Below, piece by piece: positions 10,975-46,580 of a stretch of DNA of 64,000 nt. The notes beneath the pieces are model-generated. The model was not told where the DNA came from. It worked only from the letters and a program-made list of their open reading frames with translations, and searched no databases. Source of the DNA: the human T2T-CHM13v2.0 reference genome, Homo sapiens; NCBI RefSeq assembly GCF_009914755.1, contig NC_060940.1; one strand, given 5' to 3'. Within the stretch, counting starts at the first letter, position 1. Every line of letters starts with the position of its first letter. A program made the position numbers and the translations under genes.

Positions 10975-13900
10975 CCCTCCACTCTCCCCTCCCCTCCCCC
11001 TTCCCTCCCCTAGCCCCTCCCCTCCCCTTCCCTCCCCTAACCCCTCCCCTCCCCCTTCCCTCCCCTAGCCCCTCCCCCCTCACCTAGCCCCTGCCTCCTC
11101 CCCTAGCCCCTCCCCTCCCCTAGCCCTTCCCCTCCTCCCCTCCCCTAGAGCTTCCCCTCACCTCATCCCGCTGAGCCCCTCCACTCCTCCCCCAGCCCCT
11201 CCCTCCCCTCACCCCTCCCCTCCCCTTTCCTCCCCTCCCCCTTCCTCCCCTCCCCCTTCCTCCCCTCCCCCTTCCTCTCCTCCTCCCCCTCCCCTCCTCC
11301 CCACTCACCTTCCTCCCCCTCCCCTCCTCCCCCTCCCCTCCTCCCCCCTCCCCTCCTCCCCCTGCTCCCTCCTCCCCTCCTCCCATCCCTCCTCCTTTCC
11401 CTCCTCCCCGTTCCCCTTGTCTCCCCTCCCCCTTCCCTTTCTCCCTCCTCCCCCTGCTCTCCTCTCCTCCTCTCCTCCCCTCCTCTCCTCTCCTCCCTCC
11501 CCTTCTCCCCTTCTCCCCTTTTCTCCTTCTTCCCTTCTTCCCTCCTTCCTCCTCTTTTCCCTCCTCTCCCCCATCCTTCCCTCCTTCCTCCTCCCATTCC
11601 CCCTCCTCTCCTCCCCTCCACCCACCCCCCTCCTCTCCTCCCCACTCCTCTCCTCCCCGCTCCTCTCCTCCCCTCCTCATCCCCCTCCTCTCCTTCCCTC
11701 CTCATCCCCCTCCTCTCCTTCCTCCTCATCCCCCTCCTCTCCTTCCCTCCTCATCCCCCTCCTCTCCTCTCTCCTCTCCTTCCCTCCTCATCCCCTCCTC
11801 TCCTTCCCTCCTCATCCCCCTCCTCTCCTTCTCTCCTCTCCTTCCCTCCTCATCCCCCTTCTCTCCTCCCCTCCTCTCCTTCCCTCGTCCTATCCCCCCT
11901 CCTCTCCTCCCCTCCTTCCTCCTCCCTCCTCTCCATCCCCCTCCTCCCCTCCTCCCTCTTCCCCTCCTCCCTCCTCCCTCCTCCCATCCCCCTCCTCTCC
12001 TCTCCTTCTCTCCCCTCCCCTCCTCCCCTTCTCTCCCCTCCTTCTCTCCCCTCCTTCTCTCCCCTCCTTCTCTCCCCTCCTCTCCCCTCCTCCCCACTCC
12101 TCTCCTCCCCTCATCCCCCTTCTCTCTCCTCCCCTCATCCCTCTCCTCTCTCCTCCCCTCCCCCCTCCTCTCCTTTCCTCCTCCTCTCCTCCCCTCCCCT
12201 TCCTTCCCCCTTCTCCCCTCTCCTTCTCCCCATCCCCCTTCTCCCCTCTCCTTCTCCCCATCCCCCTTCCCGTTCTCCTCCTTCTCTCCCCTCCCCCTTC
12301 CCTTTTTCCCTCCTCCTCCCTCCCTTCCTCCTCTCCTCTCCTCCTCCCCTCTCCTCCCCCTCTCTCCTCCCCCCTCATTCCTCCCCTTCTCCTCTCCTCC
12401 CCTTCTCCTCTCCTCTCCTCCCCTTTTCCCCTTCTCTCTTCCTCTCCTCCCCTTTTCCCCTCCTGTCCTCCCTCCCCTTCTCCCCTCCTGTCCTCCCTCC
12501 CCTTCTCCCCTCCTGTCCTCCCTCCCCTTCTCCCCTTCTCCCCTCCTCTCCTCCCTCCCTTTCTCTCCTTCTTTCCTCCCTTCCCTTCTCCCCTGTTCTC
12601 CTCCCTTCCCTTCTCCCCTGTTCTCCTTCCTTCCCTTCTCCCCTCTTTTCCTCCCTCCTCCTTTCCTCCCCTCCTCCTTTTCTCTCTTTGTCTTCCTTTC
12701 CCCTCCACTTTCCCCTTCCTTTCTCCTCCCCTTTCTTCTTCCTTTCCCCTTCCTTTCCTCTCCCCTCCTCTTCCTTTTTCTCTCTCTTCTTTCCTCTCTT
12801 CCCCTCCCCTCCTCTTCCCCTCCCCTCCTCTTCCCCTCCCCTCCTCTTTCCCTCCCCTCTTCCCCTTCCCTCCTCTCCCCTCTTCCCCTCCCCTCCTCTC
12901 TTCCCCTCCTCTCCTCTTCCCTCCCCTTCCCCTCCTCTCCTCTTCCCTCCCCTTCCCCTCTCCTCCTCTTCCCTCCCCTTCCCCTCTCCTCCTCTTCCCT
13001 CCCCTTCCCCTCCCCTCCTCTTCCCTCCCCTTCCCCTCTCCTCCTCTTCCCTCCCCTTCCCCTCCCCTCCTCTTCCCTCCCCTTCCCCTCCCCTCCTCTT
13101 CCCTCCCCTCTTCCCCTCCCCTTCTCTTCCCCTCCCCTTTTCCCCTCCCCTTCTCTTCCCCTCCCCTTCTCTTCCCCTCCCCTTCTCTTCCTCTCCCGTC
13201 TTCCCCTCCCCTCTTCTTCCCTCCCCTTCTCTTCCCTCCCCTCTTTCCCTCTCCTCCTCTTTCCCTTCCCTCCTCTTCCGCTCCCCTCCTCTTCCTTCCC
13301 CTCTTCCTCTCCCCACCTCTTCCCTCCCCTCTTCCTCTCCCCACATCTTCCCTCCTCTCTTCCTCTCCCCACGTCTTCCCTCCCCTCTTCCTCTCCCCAC
13401 CTCTTCCCTCCCCTCTTCCTCTCCCAACCCCTTCCCTCCCCTCTTCCTCTCCCCACCTCTTCCCTCCCTTCTTCCTCTCCCCTCCTCTTTCCCTATCCTC
13501 CTTCCCTCCCTTCCTATTTCCCTCATCTCCTCCCCTCCCCTCCTCTTCTCCCCTCCTCTTCCCTCTCCTCTTCCCCTCCCCTCTTCTTCCCCTCCCCTCC
13601 TCTTCCCCTCCCCTCCTCTTCCCTCCCCTCTTCCCCTCCCCTCCTCTTCCCTCTCCTTTCTCCCCCTTCTCTCCCCTCCCCTCTCCCCCTTCTCTCCCCC
13701 TTCTCTCCCCTCACCTCTCTCCCCCTTCTCTCCCCTCCCCTCTCCCCCTTCTCTCTGCCTTCTCTCCCTTCCCCTCTCCCCCTTCTCTCCCCTCCCCCTT
13801 CTCTCCCCTCCCCCCTTCTCTCCCCTCCCCCCTTCTCTCCCCTCCCCCCTTCTCTCCCCTCCCCTCTCCTCTCCCCCTTCTCTCCCCTCCCCTCTCCTCT

Positions 13901-14121
13901 CCCCCTTCCCTCCCCTCTCCTCTCCCCCTTCTCTCCCCTCCCCTCTCCTCTCCCCCCTTCTCTCCCCTCCCCTCTCCTCTCCCCCCTTCTCTCCCCTCCC
14001 CTCTCCTCTCCCCCCTTCTCTCCCCTCCCCTCTCCTCTCCCCCTTCTCTCTCCTTCCCTCTCCTCTCCCCCCTTTTCTCCACTTCCCTCTCCTCTCTCCC
14101 TTCTGCCCTCCTCCTTCTCTC
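10975..14121. repeat. Intron-21 polypyrimidine/polypurine tract (~3.1 kb; H-DNA/G-quadruplex prone)
   Basis: Almost pure C/T on + strand, built from degenerate CCCCT/CTCTT/CCTT units; sits in the intron known for this tract in PKD1. Confidence 0.97.
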
Positions 14122-14356
14122 ATGTGAAGAGGTGCCTTGTGTGGTCAGTGGGCTGCATCACGTGTTCCCCAGGTGGAGGCCCTGGGTCATGCAGAGCCAC
14201 AAAAAATGCTTAGTGAGGAGGCTGTGGGGGTCCAGTCAAGTGGGCTCTCCAGCTGCAGGGCTGGGGGTGGGAGCCAGGTGAGGACCCGTGTAGAGAGGAG
14301 GGCGTGTGCAAGGAGTGGGGCCAGGAGCGGGGCTGGACACTGCTGGCTCCACACAG

Positions 14357-14501
14357 GGGCCCAGCAGGGAGCTCGTATGCCGCTCGTGCCTGAAGCAGAC
14401 GCTGCACAAGCTGGAGGCCATGATGCGCATCCTGCAGGCAGAGACCACCGCGGGCACCGTGACGCCCACCGCCATCGGAGACAGCATCCTCAACATCACA
14501 G
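14357..14501 (+). pseudogene. PKD1P: PKD1P exon 22 (145 bp)
   Basis: cag|GGGCCCAGC...ATCACAG|gtgccg; GPSRELVCRSCLKQTLHKLEAMMRILQ. Confidence 0.93.
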
Positions 14502-14559
14502 GTGCCGCGGCCCGTGCCCCACGCCACCCGCCCGCCCCACGTGGCCCGTCCGCCCCATG

Positions 14560-15240
14560 CCGCCCTTTCCTCTGCCTCCCTCCTCCCCACAACCGCCTCG
14601 CCTTTGCCCCATCCCATCTTCGTCCCCCTCCCCTCCCCCCAATTCCCATCCTCATCCCCCTCCCCCAATTCCCATCCTCATCCCGCTCCCCCAATTCCCA
14701 TCCTCATCCCGCTCCCCCAATTCCCATCCTTATCCCCCTCCCCCAATTCCCATCCTTATCCCCCTCCCCCAATTCCCATCCTTATCCCCCTCCCCCAATT
14801 CCCATTCTCCTCCCCCTCCCCCTTCCCTATTACCATCCCTTTTCTCCATCTCTCTCCCCTTTTCTCCATTTCCCCCCCGATCCTCCCCGTCCTTTTGTCC
14901 ATTCCCCTCATCTTTCTTATCCCCCTTATCCTCCTTCCCCTCCCTTATCCCCCTTATCCCCCTTCCCCTCCCTTTCCTCCTGCTCCTCCTCTTCTCCCCT
15001 TTCTCTTTTCTCTACCCTTTTCCTTCCTTTTTCCTCCCTCTCCCCATCATCCCCCTCATCTTCGTCCTCATCCCCATCCCCTTCCCCCTCCCCCTCCACC
15101 ACTCTCTCTCCAGCTTCCCCCTTCCTTCTGCCTGCACCTCGCTCTCTGCCCCCTCAGGTTCCCCCTTTCTCCCAGCCCCCACCCTCCAGCTCCCCCTTTT
15201 TGCCTGCCCCCACCCTCCCTCTGCCTCCCTGTCTCTGCAC
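14560..15240. repeat. Intron-22 pyrimidine-rich tract including a 26-bp minisatellite (14636-14805)
   Basis: Unit CCCCCAATTCCCATCCT(C/T)ATCCC(C/G)CT; AATT recurs at 14641, 14667, 14693, 14719, 14745, 14771, 14797. Confidence 0.9.
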
Positions 15241-15261
15241 TGACCTCACGCCTGTCTGCAG

Positions 15262-15882
15262 GAGACCTCATCCACCTGGCCAGCTCAGACGTGCGGGCAC
15301 CGCAGCGCTCAGAGCTGGGAGCCGAGTCACCATTGCGGATGGTGGCGTCCCAGGCCTACAACCTGACCTCTGCCCTCATGCGCATCCTCACGCGCTCCCG
15401 CGTGCTCAACGAGGAGCCCGTGACGCTGGCGGGCGAGGAGATCATGGCCCAGGGCAAGCGCTCGGACCCGCGGAGCCTGCTGTGCTATGGCGGCGCCCCA
15501 GGGCCTGGCTGCCACCTCTCCATCCCCTAGGCTTTCAGCAGGGCCCCGGCCAACCTCAGTGACGTGGTGCAGCTCGTCTTTCTGGTGGACTCCAATCCCT
15601 TTCTCTTTGGCTATATCAGCAACTACACCGTCTCCACCAAGGTGGCCTCGATGGCGTTCCAGACACAGGCCGGCGCCCAGATCCCCATCGAGCGGCTGGC
15701 CTCAGAGCGCGCCATCACCGTGAAGGTGCCCAACAACTCGGACTGGGCTGCCCGGGGCCACTGCAGCTCCGCCAACTCCGTTGTGGTCCAGCCCCAGGCC
15801 TCCGTCGGTGCTGTGGTCACCCTGGACAGCAGCAACCCTGTGGCCGTGCTGCATCTGCAGCTCAACTATACGCTGCTGGACG
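15262..15882 (+). pseudogene. PKD1P: PKD1P exon 23 (621 bp) with TAG at 15528 and an in-frame 9-bp deletion
   Basis: cag|GAGACCTC...GGACG|gtgtgt; ...CHLSIP*AFSR...; one SAN repeat missing (SSANSVVV). Confidence 0.93.
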
Positions 15883-16173
15883 GTGTGTGCAGCGGGTGGG
15901 GCACACGCGGCCCCCTGGCCTTGTTCTTGGGGGGAAGGCGTTTCTCGTAGGGCTTCCATGGGTGTCTCTGGTGAAATTTGCTGTTTCATGGGCTGTTGGG
16001 GGCCTGGCCGGAGAGGAGCTGGGGGCCACGGAGAAGCAGGTGCCAGCTCTGGTGCAGAGGCTCCTATGGCCTTTCAGGCCCGTGGCAGAGGGTGGGCTCA
16101 GGAGGGCCATCGTGGGTGTCCCCCGGGTGGTTGAGCTTCCCGGCAGGCGTGTGACCTGCGCGTTCTGCCCCAG

Positions 16174-16330
16174 GCCGCTACCTGTCTGAGGAACCCGAGC
16201 CCTACCTGGCAGTCTACCTGCACTCGGAGCCCCGGCCCAATGAGCGCAACTGCTCGGCTAGCAGGAGGATCCGCCCAGAGTCCCTCCAGGGTGCCGACCA
16301 CCGGCCCTACACCTTCTTCATTTCCCCGGG
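16174..16330 (+). pseudogene. PKD1P: PKD1P exon 24 (157 bp), frame open
   Basis: cag|GCCGCTAC...CCGGG|gtgagc; YLSEEPEPYLAVYLHSEPRPNE. Confidence 0.93.
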
Positions 16331-16510
16331 GTGAGCTCTGTGGGCCGGCCTGGCAGGGCAGGGCAGGGCATCATGGGTCAGCATTGCCCGGGTTACGGGC
16401 CCCGTGGGGACGGCAGGCAGCGAGGGGACTGGACCGGGTATGGGCTCTGGGACTCCGACATCCAACCTGGCGGAGCCTGGGCTCACGTCCACTGCCCCTT
16501 CCCTTCCCAG

Positions 16511-16763
16511 GACCAGAGACCCAGTGGGGAGTTACCGTCTGAACCTCTCCAGCCACTTCCGCTGGTCGGCGCTGGAGGTGTCCGTGGGCTTGTACACGTC
16601 CCTGTGCCAGTACTTCAGCGAGGAGGATGTGGTGTGGCGGACAGAGGGGCTGCTGCCCCTGGAGGAGACCTCGCCCCGCCAGGCCGTCTGCCTCACCCGC
16701 CACCTCACCGCCTTCGGCACCAGCCTCTTCATGCCCCCAAGCCATGTACGCTTTGTGTTTCCT
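16511..16763 (+). pseudogene. PKD1P: PKD1P exon 25 (253 bp), GPS cleavage motif HL/T at 16701-16709
   Basis: cag|GACCAGA...TTTCCT|gtgagt; SLCQYFSEEDVVWRTEG...AVCLTRHLTAFG. Confidence 0.93.
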
Positions 16764-16827
16764 GTGAGTGACCCTGTGCTCCTGGGAGCCTCTGCAGAGT
16801 CGAGGAGGGCCTGGGTGGGCTCGGCTC

Positions 16828-16887
16828 TATCCTGAGAAGGCACAGCTTGCACGTGACCTCCTGGGCCCGGCGGCTGTGTCTTCACAG
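16828..16887 (+). ncRNA. MIR6770: miR-6770-like pre-miRNA (tailed mirtron at the intron 25 acceptor)
   Basis: 5p TGAGAAGGCACAGCTTGCACGTGA pairs with GCTGTGTCTTCACAG at the 3' splice site; matches recalled miR-6770 except one 3p base. Confidence 0.7.
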
Positions 16888-17083
16888 GAGCCGACAGCGG
16901 ATGTAAACTACATCGTCATGCTGACATGTGCTGTGTGCCTGGTGACCTACATGGTCATGGCCGCCATCCTGCACAAGCTGGACCAGTTGGATGCCAGCCG
17001 GGGCTGCGCCATCCCCTTCTGTGGGCAGCGGGGCCGCTTCAAGTACGAGATCCTCGTCAAGACAGGCTGGGGCCGGGGCTCAG
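16888..17083 (+). pseudogene. PKD1P: PKD1P exon 26 (196 bp; TM1 and start of PLAT)
   Basis: cag|GAGCCGACA...CTCAG|gtgagg; YIVMLTCAVCLVTYMVMAAIL...FKYEILVKTG. Confidence 0.93.
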
Positions 17084-17500
17084 GTGAGGGGCGCGGCGGG
17101 GTGGCAGGGCCTCCCCTGCTCTCACTGGCTGTGCTGGTTGCACCCTCTGGGAGTGAGTCTCGTCGCAGGCGTCAGAACAAGGCAGTTTTTGCAGTGCTGT
17201 GTGAAGGGCTCGTGTGTTCATCCTGGGAATGACCTCGTGAGCACTCACTGTCCCTGAGGACTAGGACAGTTCCTAGCTGGAAGTAGGTGCCAGTCAGTCA
17301 GGGTGGGCAGCCCACGTTCTGCACAGTAGCGTGGCCCCACAAGTGACATGAGCATCGCTACCACTGTGGGAGACCATGCATCCACCCGCGATCCTGACTG
17401 CATAGCTCGTCTCTCAGACGGAGGTGCCAGCACCCTCCCCGTGGCTGTTTCTTCAATACCTCCATTTTCCTTTATTGGAATTGCCCTTCTGGCATTCCCT

Positions 17501-17777
17501 TTTTGTTTTCGTTTTTCTTTTTTTGGAGACGGAGTCTCACTCTGTTGCCCAGGCTGGAGTGCAATGGCGTGATCTTGGCTCACAGCAACTTCCAGCTCCT
17601 GGGTTTAAGCGATTCCCCTTAAGCGATTCTCCTGAGTAGCTGGGAGTACAGGTGCACGCCACCACACCCAGTTAATTTTTCACCATGTCAGCCAGGCGAA
17701 CTCCTGACCTCAGGTGATCCGCCTGCCTCGGCCTGCCAGAGTGCTGGGATGACAGGTGTGAGCCACCACACCTGGCT
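17501..17777 (-). mobile_element. Alu (internally deleted)
   Basis: T-rich tail then GAGACGGAGTCTC...GAGCCACC. Confidence 0.85.
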
Positions 17778-17855
17778 GTGTTCCCATTTTTTATTTCCGT
17801 GTTGCTTTCATCTTCATTTCCCAGTTCTTTTGATTACCTACTTTTAAAAACTGTC

Positions 17856-18250
<395 letters not shown>

Positions 18251-18574
18251 TCACTGGTTGTGGCGTGACTGAGGCGTGGACAGGTGTGCAGCGCGGGTCA
18301 CTGGTTGTGGTGTGGACTGAGGCGTGTGCAGCCATGTTTGCATGTCACAAGTTACAGTTCTTTCCGTGTAACTTAATCATGTCCTTGAGGTCCTGCTGTT
18401 TATTGGACAAATTGCAGTAACCGCAGCTCCTCGTGTATGGCAGAGCCGTGCAAAGCCGGGACTGCCTGTGTGGCTCCTTGAGTGCGCGGAGGCCAAAGCT
18501 GAGATGACTTGCCTGGGATGCCACACGTGTTGGGCAGCAGACCGAGCCTCCCACCCCTCCCTCTTGCCCTCCAG

Positions 18575-18745
18575 GTACCACGGCCCACGTGGGCATCATG
18601 CTGTATGGGGTGGACAGCCGGAGTGGCCACCGGCACCTGGACGGCGACAGAGCCTTCCACCGCAACAGTCTGGACATCTTCCGGATCGCCACCCCGCACA
18701 GCCTGGGTAGCGTGTGGAAGATCCGAGTGTGGCACGACAACAAAG
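18575..18745 (+). pseudogene. PKD1P: PKD1P exon 27 (171 bp; PLAT)
   Basis: cag|GTACCACG...CAAAG|gtctgt; TTAHVGIMLYG...IRVWHDNK. Confidence 0.93.
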
Positions 18746-18831
18746 GTCTGTGCGGACCCTGCCAAGCTCTGCCCCTCTGCCCCCGCATTGGGGCGCCCTG
18801 CGAGCCTGACCTCCCTCCCGCGCCTCTGCAG

Positions 18832-18975
18832 GGCTCAGCCCTGCCTGGTTCCTGCAGCACATCATCGTCAGGGACCTGCAGACGGCACGCAGCACCTTCT
18901 TCCTGGTCAATGACTGGCTTTCGGTGGAGACGGAGGCCAACGGGGGCCTGGTGGAGAAGGAGGTGCTGGCCGCGA
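18832..18975 (+). pseudogene. PKD1P: PKD1P exon 28 (144 bp; PLAT)
   Basis: cag|GGCTCAGC...CGCGA|gtaagg; LSPAWFLQHIIVRDLQ. Confidence 0.93.
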
Positions 18976-19069
18976 GTAAGGCCTCGTTCCGTGTTCCCAC
19001 TCCGTGGGAGGTTGGGCAGGGTGGTCCTGCCCCGTGGCCTCCTGCAGTGCGGCCCTCCCTGCCTTCTAG

Positions 19070-19280
19070 GTCACGCAGCCCTGTTGCGCTTCCGGCGCCT
19101 GCTGGTGGCTGAGCTGCAGCGTGGCTTCTTTGACAAGCACATCTGGCTCTCCATATGGGACCGGCCGCCTCGGAGCTGTTTCACTCGCATCCAGAGGGCC
19201 ACCTGCTGCGTTCTCCTCATCTGCCTCTTCCTGGGCGCCAACGCCGTGTGGTACGGGGCTGTTGGTGACTCTGCCTACAG
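19070..19280 (+). pseudogene. PKD1P: PKD1P exon 29 (211 bp; TM2)
   Basis: tag|GTCACG...TACAG|gtgggt; FFDKHIWLSIWDRPP...CCVLLICLFLGANAVWY. Confidence 0.93.
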
Positions 19281-19370
19281 GTGGGTGCCGTAGGGGTCGG
19301 GACAGCCTCTTCCTGCCCAGCCCTTCCTGCCCCTCAGCCTCACCTGTGTGGCCTCCTCTCCTCCACACAG

Positions 19371-19497
19371 CACGGGGCATGTGTCCAGGCTGAGCCCGCT
19401 GAGCGTCGACACAGTCGCTGTTGGCCTGGTGTCCAGCGTGGTTGTCTATCCCGTCTACCTGGCCATCCTCTTTCTCTTCCGGATGTCCCGGAGCAAG
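19371..19497 (+). pseudogene. PKD1P: PKD1P exon 30 (127 bp; TM3), phase-0 donor
   Basis: cag|CACGGGG...AGCAAG|gtgggc; VAVGLVSSVVVYPVYLAILFLFRMSRSK. Confidence 0.93.
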
Positions 19498-19874
19498 GTG
19501 GGCTGGGGCTGGGGACCCGGGAGTACTGGGAATGGAGCCTGGGCCTCGGCACCATGCCCAGGGCCGCCACTTTCCAGTGCTGCAGCCAGAGGGAAAGGCG
19601 TCCACCAAAGGCTGCTCGGGAAGGGTCAACACACTTGAGCAGCCTTAGCTAGACTGACCAGGGAGAAAGAGAGAAGACTCAGAAGCCAGAATCGTGAAAG
19701 AACGAGGGCACTTCGCTAAGCAGACGCCACGGACAACTGCACAGCAGCACGCCAGATAACTCAGAAGAAGCAAGCACGCGGCTGTGCACGCTTCCGAAAT
19801 GCACTCCAGAAGAAAATCTCAGTACATCTATAGCAAGTGAAGAGGCCGAGTTAGTCCCTTAGAAACCTCCCAGT

Positions 19875-20980
<1,106 letters not shown>

Positions 20981-21163
20981 TCAGTGGCACATGTCGCGAG
21001 GGGCTGCCATCACGGACGGTGCAGATGTCCCATATATCCAGCATTCTAGGACATTCTGTTAGATGGCACCGGGCTCTGTCCTGTCTGCTGAGGAGGTGGC
21101 TTCTCATCCCTGTCCTGAGCAGGTCTGAGCTGCCGCCCGCTGACCACTGCCGTCGTCCTGCAG

Positions 21164-21280
21164 GTGGCTGGGAGCCTGAGCCCCACACCTGCCGGGCAGT
21201 AGGTGCTGGACATCGACAGCTGCCTGGACTCGTCCGTGCTGGACAGCTCCTTCCTCACGTTCTCAGGCCTCCACGCTGAG
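21164..21280 (+). pseudogene. PKD1P: PKD1P exon 31 (117 bp) with TAG at 21200
   Basis: cag|GTGGCTGGG...GCTGAG|gtgagg; VAGSLSPTPAGQ*VLDIDSCLDSS. Confidence 0.92.
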
Positions 21281-21367
21281 GTGAGGGCTCTACTGGGGGT
21301 CCTGGGCTGGGCTGGGGGTCCTGCCGCCTTGGCGCAGCTTGGACTCCAGACACTGTGCACCTCTCAG

Positions 21368-21420
21368 CAGGCCTTTGCTGGACAGGTGAAGAGTGACTTG
21401 TTTCTGGATGATTCTAAGAG
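21368..21420 (+). pseudogene. PKD1P: PKD1P exon 32 (NAGNAG acceptor, 53 or 50 bp)
   Basis: ctctcag CAG GCC...TAAGAG|gtgggt; QAFAGQVKSDLFLDDSK. Confidence 0.9.
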
Positions 21421-21644
21421 GTGGGTTCCCTAGAGAAACCTCGAGCCCTGGTGCAGGTCACTGTGTCTGGAGTACCGGGGGTGTGCGGGCTGCGTGTCCT
21501 TGCTGGGTGTCTGTGGCTCCATGTGGTCACACCACGTGGGAGCAGGTTTGCTCGGAAGCCCAGGGTGTCCGTGCGTGACTGGACGGGGGTGGGCTGTGTG
21601 TGTGACACATCCCCTGGTACCTTGCTGACCCGCGCCACCTGCAG

Positions 21645-22470
<826 letters not shown>

Positions 22471-23099
22471 AGCCCCTGTTTTGTTTTTGTTTTGCTTGTT
22501 TCTTAGGGTTGTTTTTCTATTTATGGTAAAGGCATTGGCTTTCCATTTGTAGCATCAATAGAATATTTCCTGTTTACAATAACCTTATGTCATAGTAAAT
22601 GGTAAAGGGATTTAAAGCAGTGGTTTTCAGCTGCCAGAGGCCTGAGAGAGTTTGGGCACACTCTGTGTGATCGGGCAGAAGGCCTGTGGGAAGTTTAGCT
22701 GAGGACAGGGCCAGGAAAGGTGATGGACAGTGGGGGTCTGTCCTGGTCACCAGGCCCCTGGGTCCTGCCCGCCTGCTTGGAGCTCCCCACCCATCACACA
22801 TGATGCGGCCAAGCCCTCTGGGTATTGTGGGCAAATACCTTAGGAGAGAAGCTGATGAACTTTGTTTCTTGAAATGCACAGATTCCTTGGACGTCCCTGA
22901 GAGCTCAGTCATGAAAGTCAGCTTGGTTTTCTCCCCCTCATTTGGGTTCAGAATTTAAAGTCCACACACACGGGCAGTAAGATGACATAGATAAGGACAT
23001 CATCACTCAGTTTCGGATGTTAAAATGTCTAGGTGGGTTAGGGGTGATTTGAGATCACACAACCTTGTGCCACAAAGAGGAATTCCCAGGCCAGAGGGA

Positions 23100-23395
23100 G
23101 ACATTTTATTGCCATGTTATGATCTCATCATTGAGTTGAAAGGCAATCTTGTTTCATTTTGGATTCTTTCTTATGTTTATGTCTTATAAGGGCACTTTGA
23201 ATTTCCAAGCAAATAATAATTTTGAATTAGCTTTTAATCATTGACTTCTAGCACAGTTTTATGATCAGAAACATGCTGTGTGATTTGATTGCTCTCAAAT
23301 ATATTGAGATTTGCTGGAACAAAATAAGTCAGGTTAATTTTTGTAAATGTACCATGCATGCTTAAAATGAATGTATGTACATTTGTTCCTGAGAT
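23100..23395 (-). mobile_element. Old L1 fragment (ORF2 endonuclease region)
   Basis: Minus-strand translation HTFILSMHGTFTKIN...SDHKTVLEVN resembles L1 EN 'TFFSSAHGTFSKID...SDHNGIKLEIN'. Confidence 0.65.
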
Positions 23396-23468
23396 ACAGG
23401 TTGATGGACGGATGGCTACATGGATGTGATGGAGATGGTTTACTATCGGGACCTTCCGCATCCTGCTG

Positions 23469-38141
<14,673 letters not shown>

Positions 38142-38146
38142 GGAAG

Positions 38147-38172
38147 AATAAATAAATAATATAAAAATAAAA
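38147..38172 (+). terminator. NPIP polyadenylation signal cluster (AATAAA)
   Basis: AATAAA at 38147 with overlapping and nearby copies, 6 nt after the TAA. Confidence 0.75.
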
Positions 38173-38299
38173 TGAATACTGCAGTCCTTATGTTATTGCT
38201 TTGTTTCAATATCTGGTATGATTGCCTGAGGGACCTGAGGTTTTTAATCGTAGGGGTTTTTTTAATCTTTAGAAGTGGTTGGTTATGTAAAATATTATT

Positions 38300-38983
<684 letters not shown>

Positions 38984-39129
38984 ATCACTTACATTAGATA
39001 TACCCAAGGGGTGGTCTATAGAGACTTGGAAGCAGTGGTTATTGCAACAGGGGCACGGAAGTCATCTGGCTATGCCAGGGTGCCCAGGGGATACTCGGGG
39101 TGGGTGGCATGGTGCTGCTGGGGACTCAC

Positions 39130-45925
<6,796 letters not shown>

Positions 45926-46037
45926 AGCGGAGCTCTGATATAAGCTGCCCTGGCACACAGTGAGCTTCCAGAAATGGTCCCTTGACCTCTAAATCCACCA
46001 AGACCCAGGGAACATGCCCTCTCTGAGCACTCTGACA

Positions 46038-46580
46038 ATGATTTGCATTTCTCTAATGACCAGTGATGATGAGCTTTTCTTCACATGTTTGTTGGCCACA
46101 TAAATGTCTTCTTTTGAGAAGTGTCTGTTCATATCCTCCGGCCACTTTTGGATGGGGTTGTTTTTTTCTTATAAATATGTTTAAGTTCCTTGTGGATTCT
46201 GGATATTAGCCCGATGGATAGATTGCAAAACTTTTCTCCCATTCTGTAAGTTGCCTGTTCACTCTGATGATAGTTTGTTTTGCTGTGCAGAAGCTCTTTA
46301 GTTTAATTAGATCCCATTTGTCAATTTTGGCTTTTGTTGCCATTGCTTTTGGTGTTTCAGTCATGAAGCCTTTGCCCATGCCTATGTCCTGAATGGTATT
46401 GCCTAGGTTTTCTTCTTGGGTTTTTATGGTTTTAGGTCTAACATTTAAGACTTTAATCAATCTTGAGTTAATTTTTGTATCAGGTGTAAGGAAGGGGCCC
46501 AGTTTCAGTTTTCTGCATATGGCTAGCCAGTTTTCCCAACACCATTTTAAATAGGGAATCCTTTCCCATTCTTGTTTTTT
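46038..46580 (-). mobile_element. L1PA-type ORF2 fragment
   Basis: ORF 46206-46460 [54 protein letters not shown]. Confidence 0.93.

Noticed and set aside
18-10982. Many overlapping alternative-frame and antisense ORFs
   Set aside because: Expected shadows of GC-rich PKD1 exons and introns; no independent homology
11120-14281. Very long ORFs (954 aa P/S/L/F-rich; 576-582 aa G/E/R-rich)
   Set aside because: Artefact of a pyrimidine-only tract, which rarely forms stop codons; intronic low-complexity DNA
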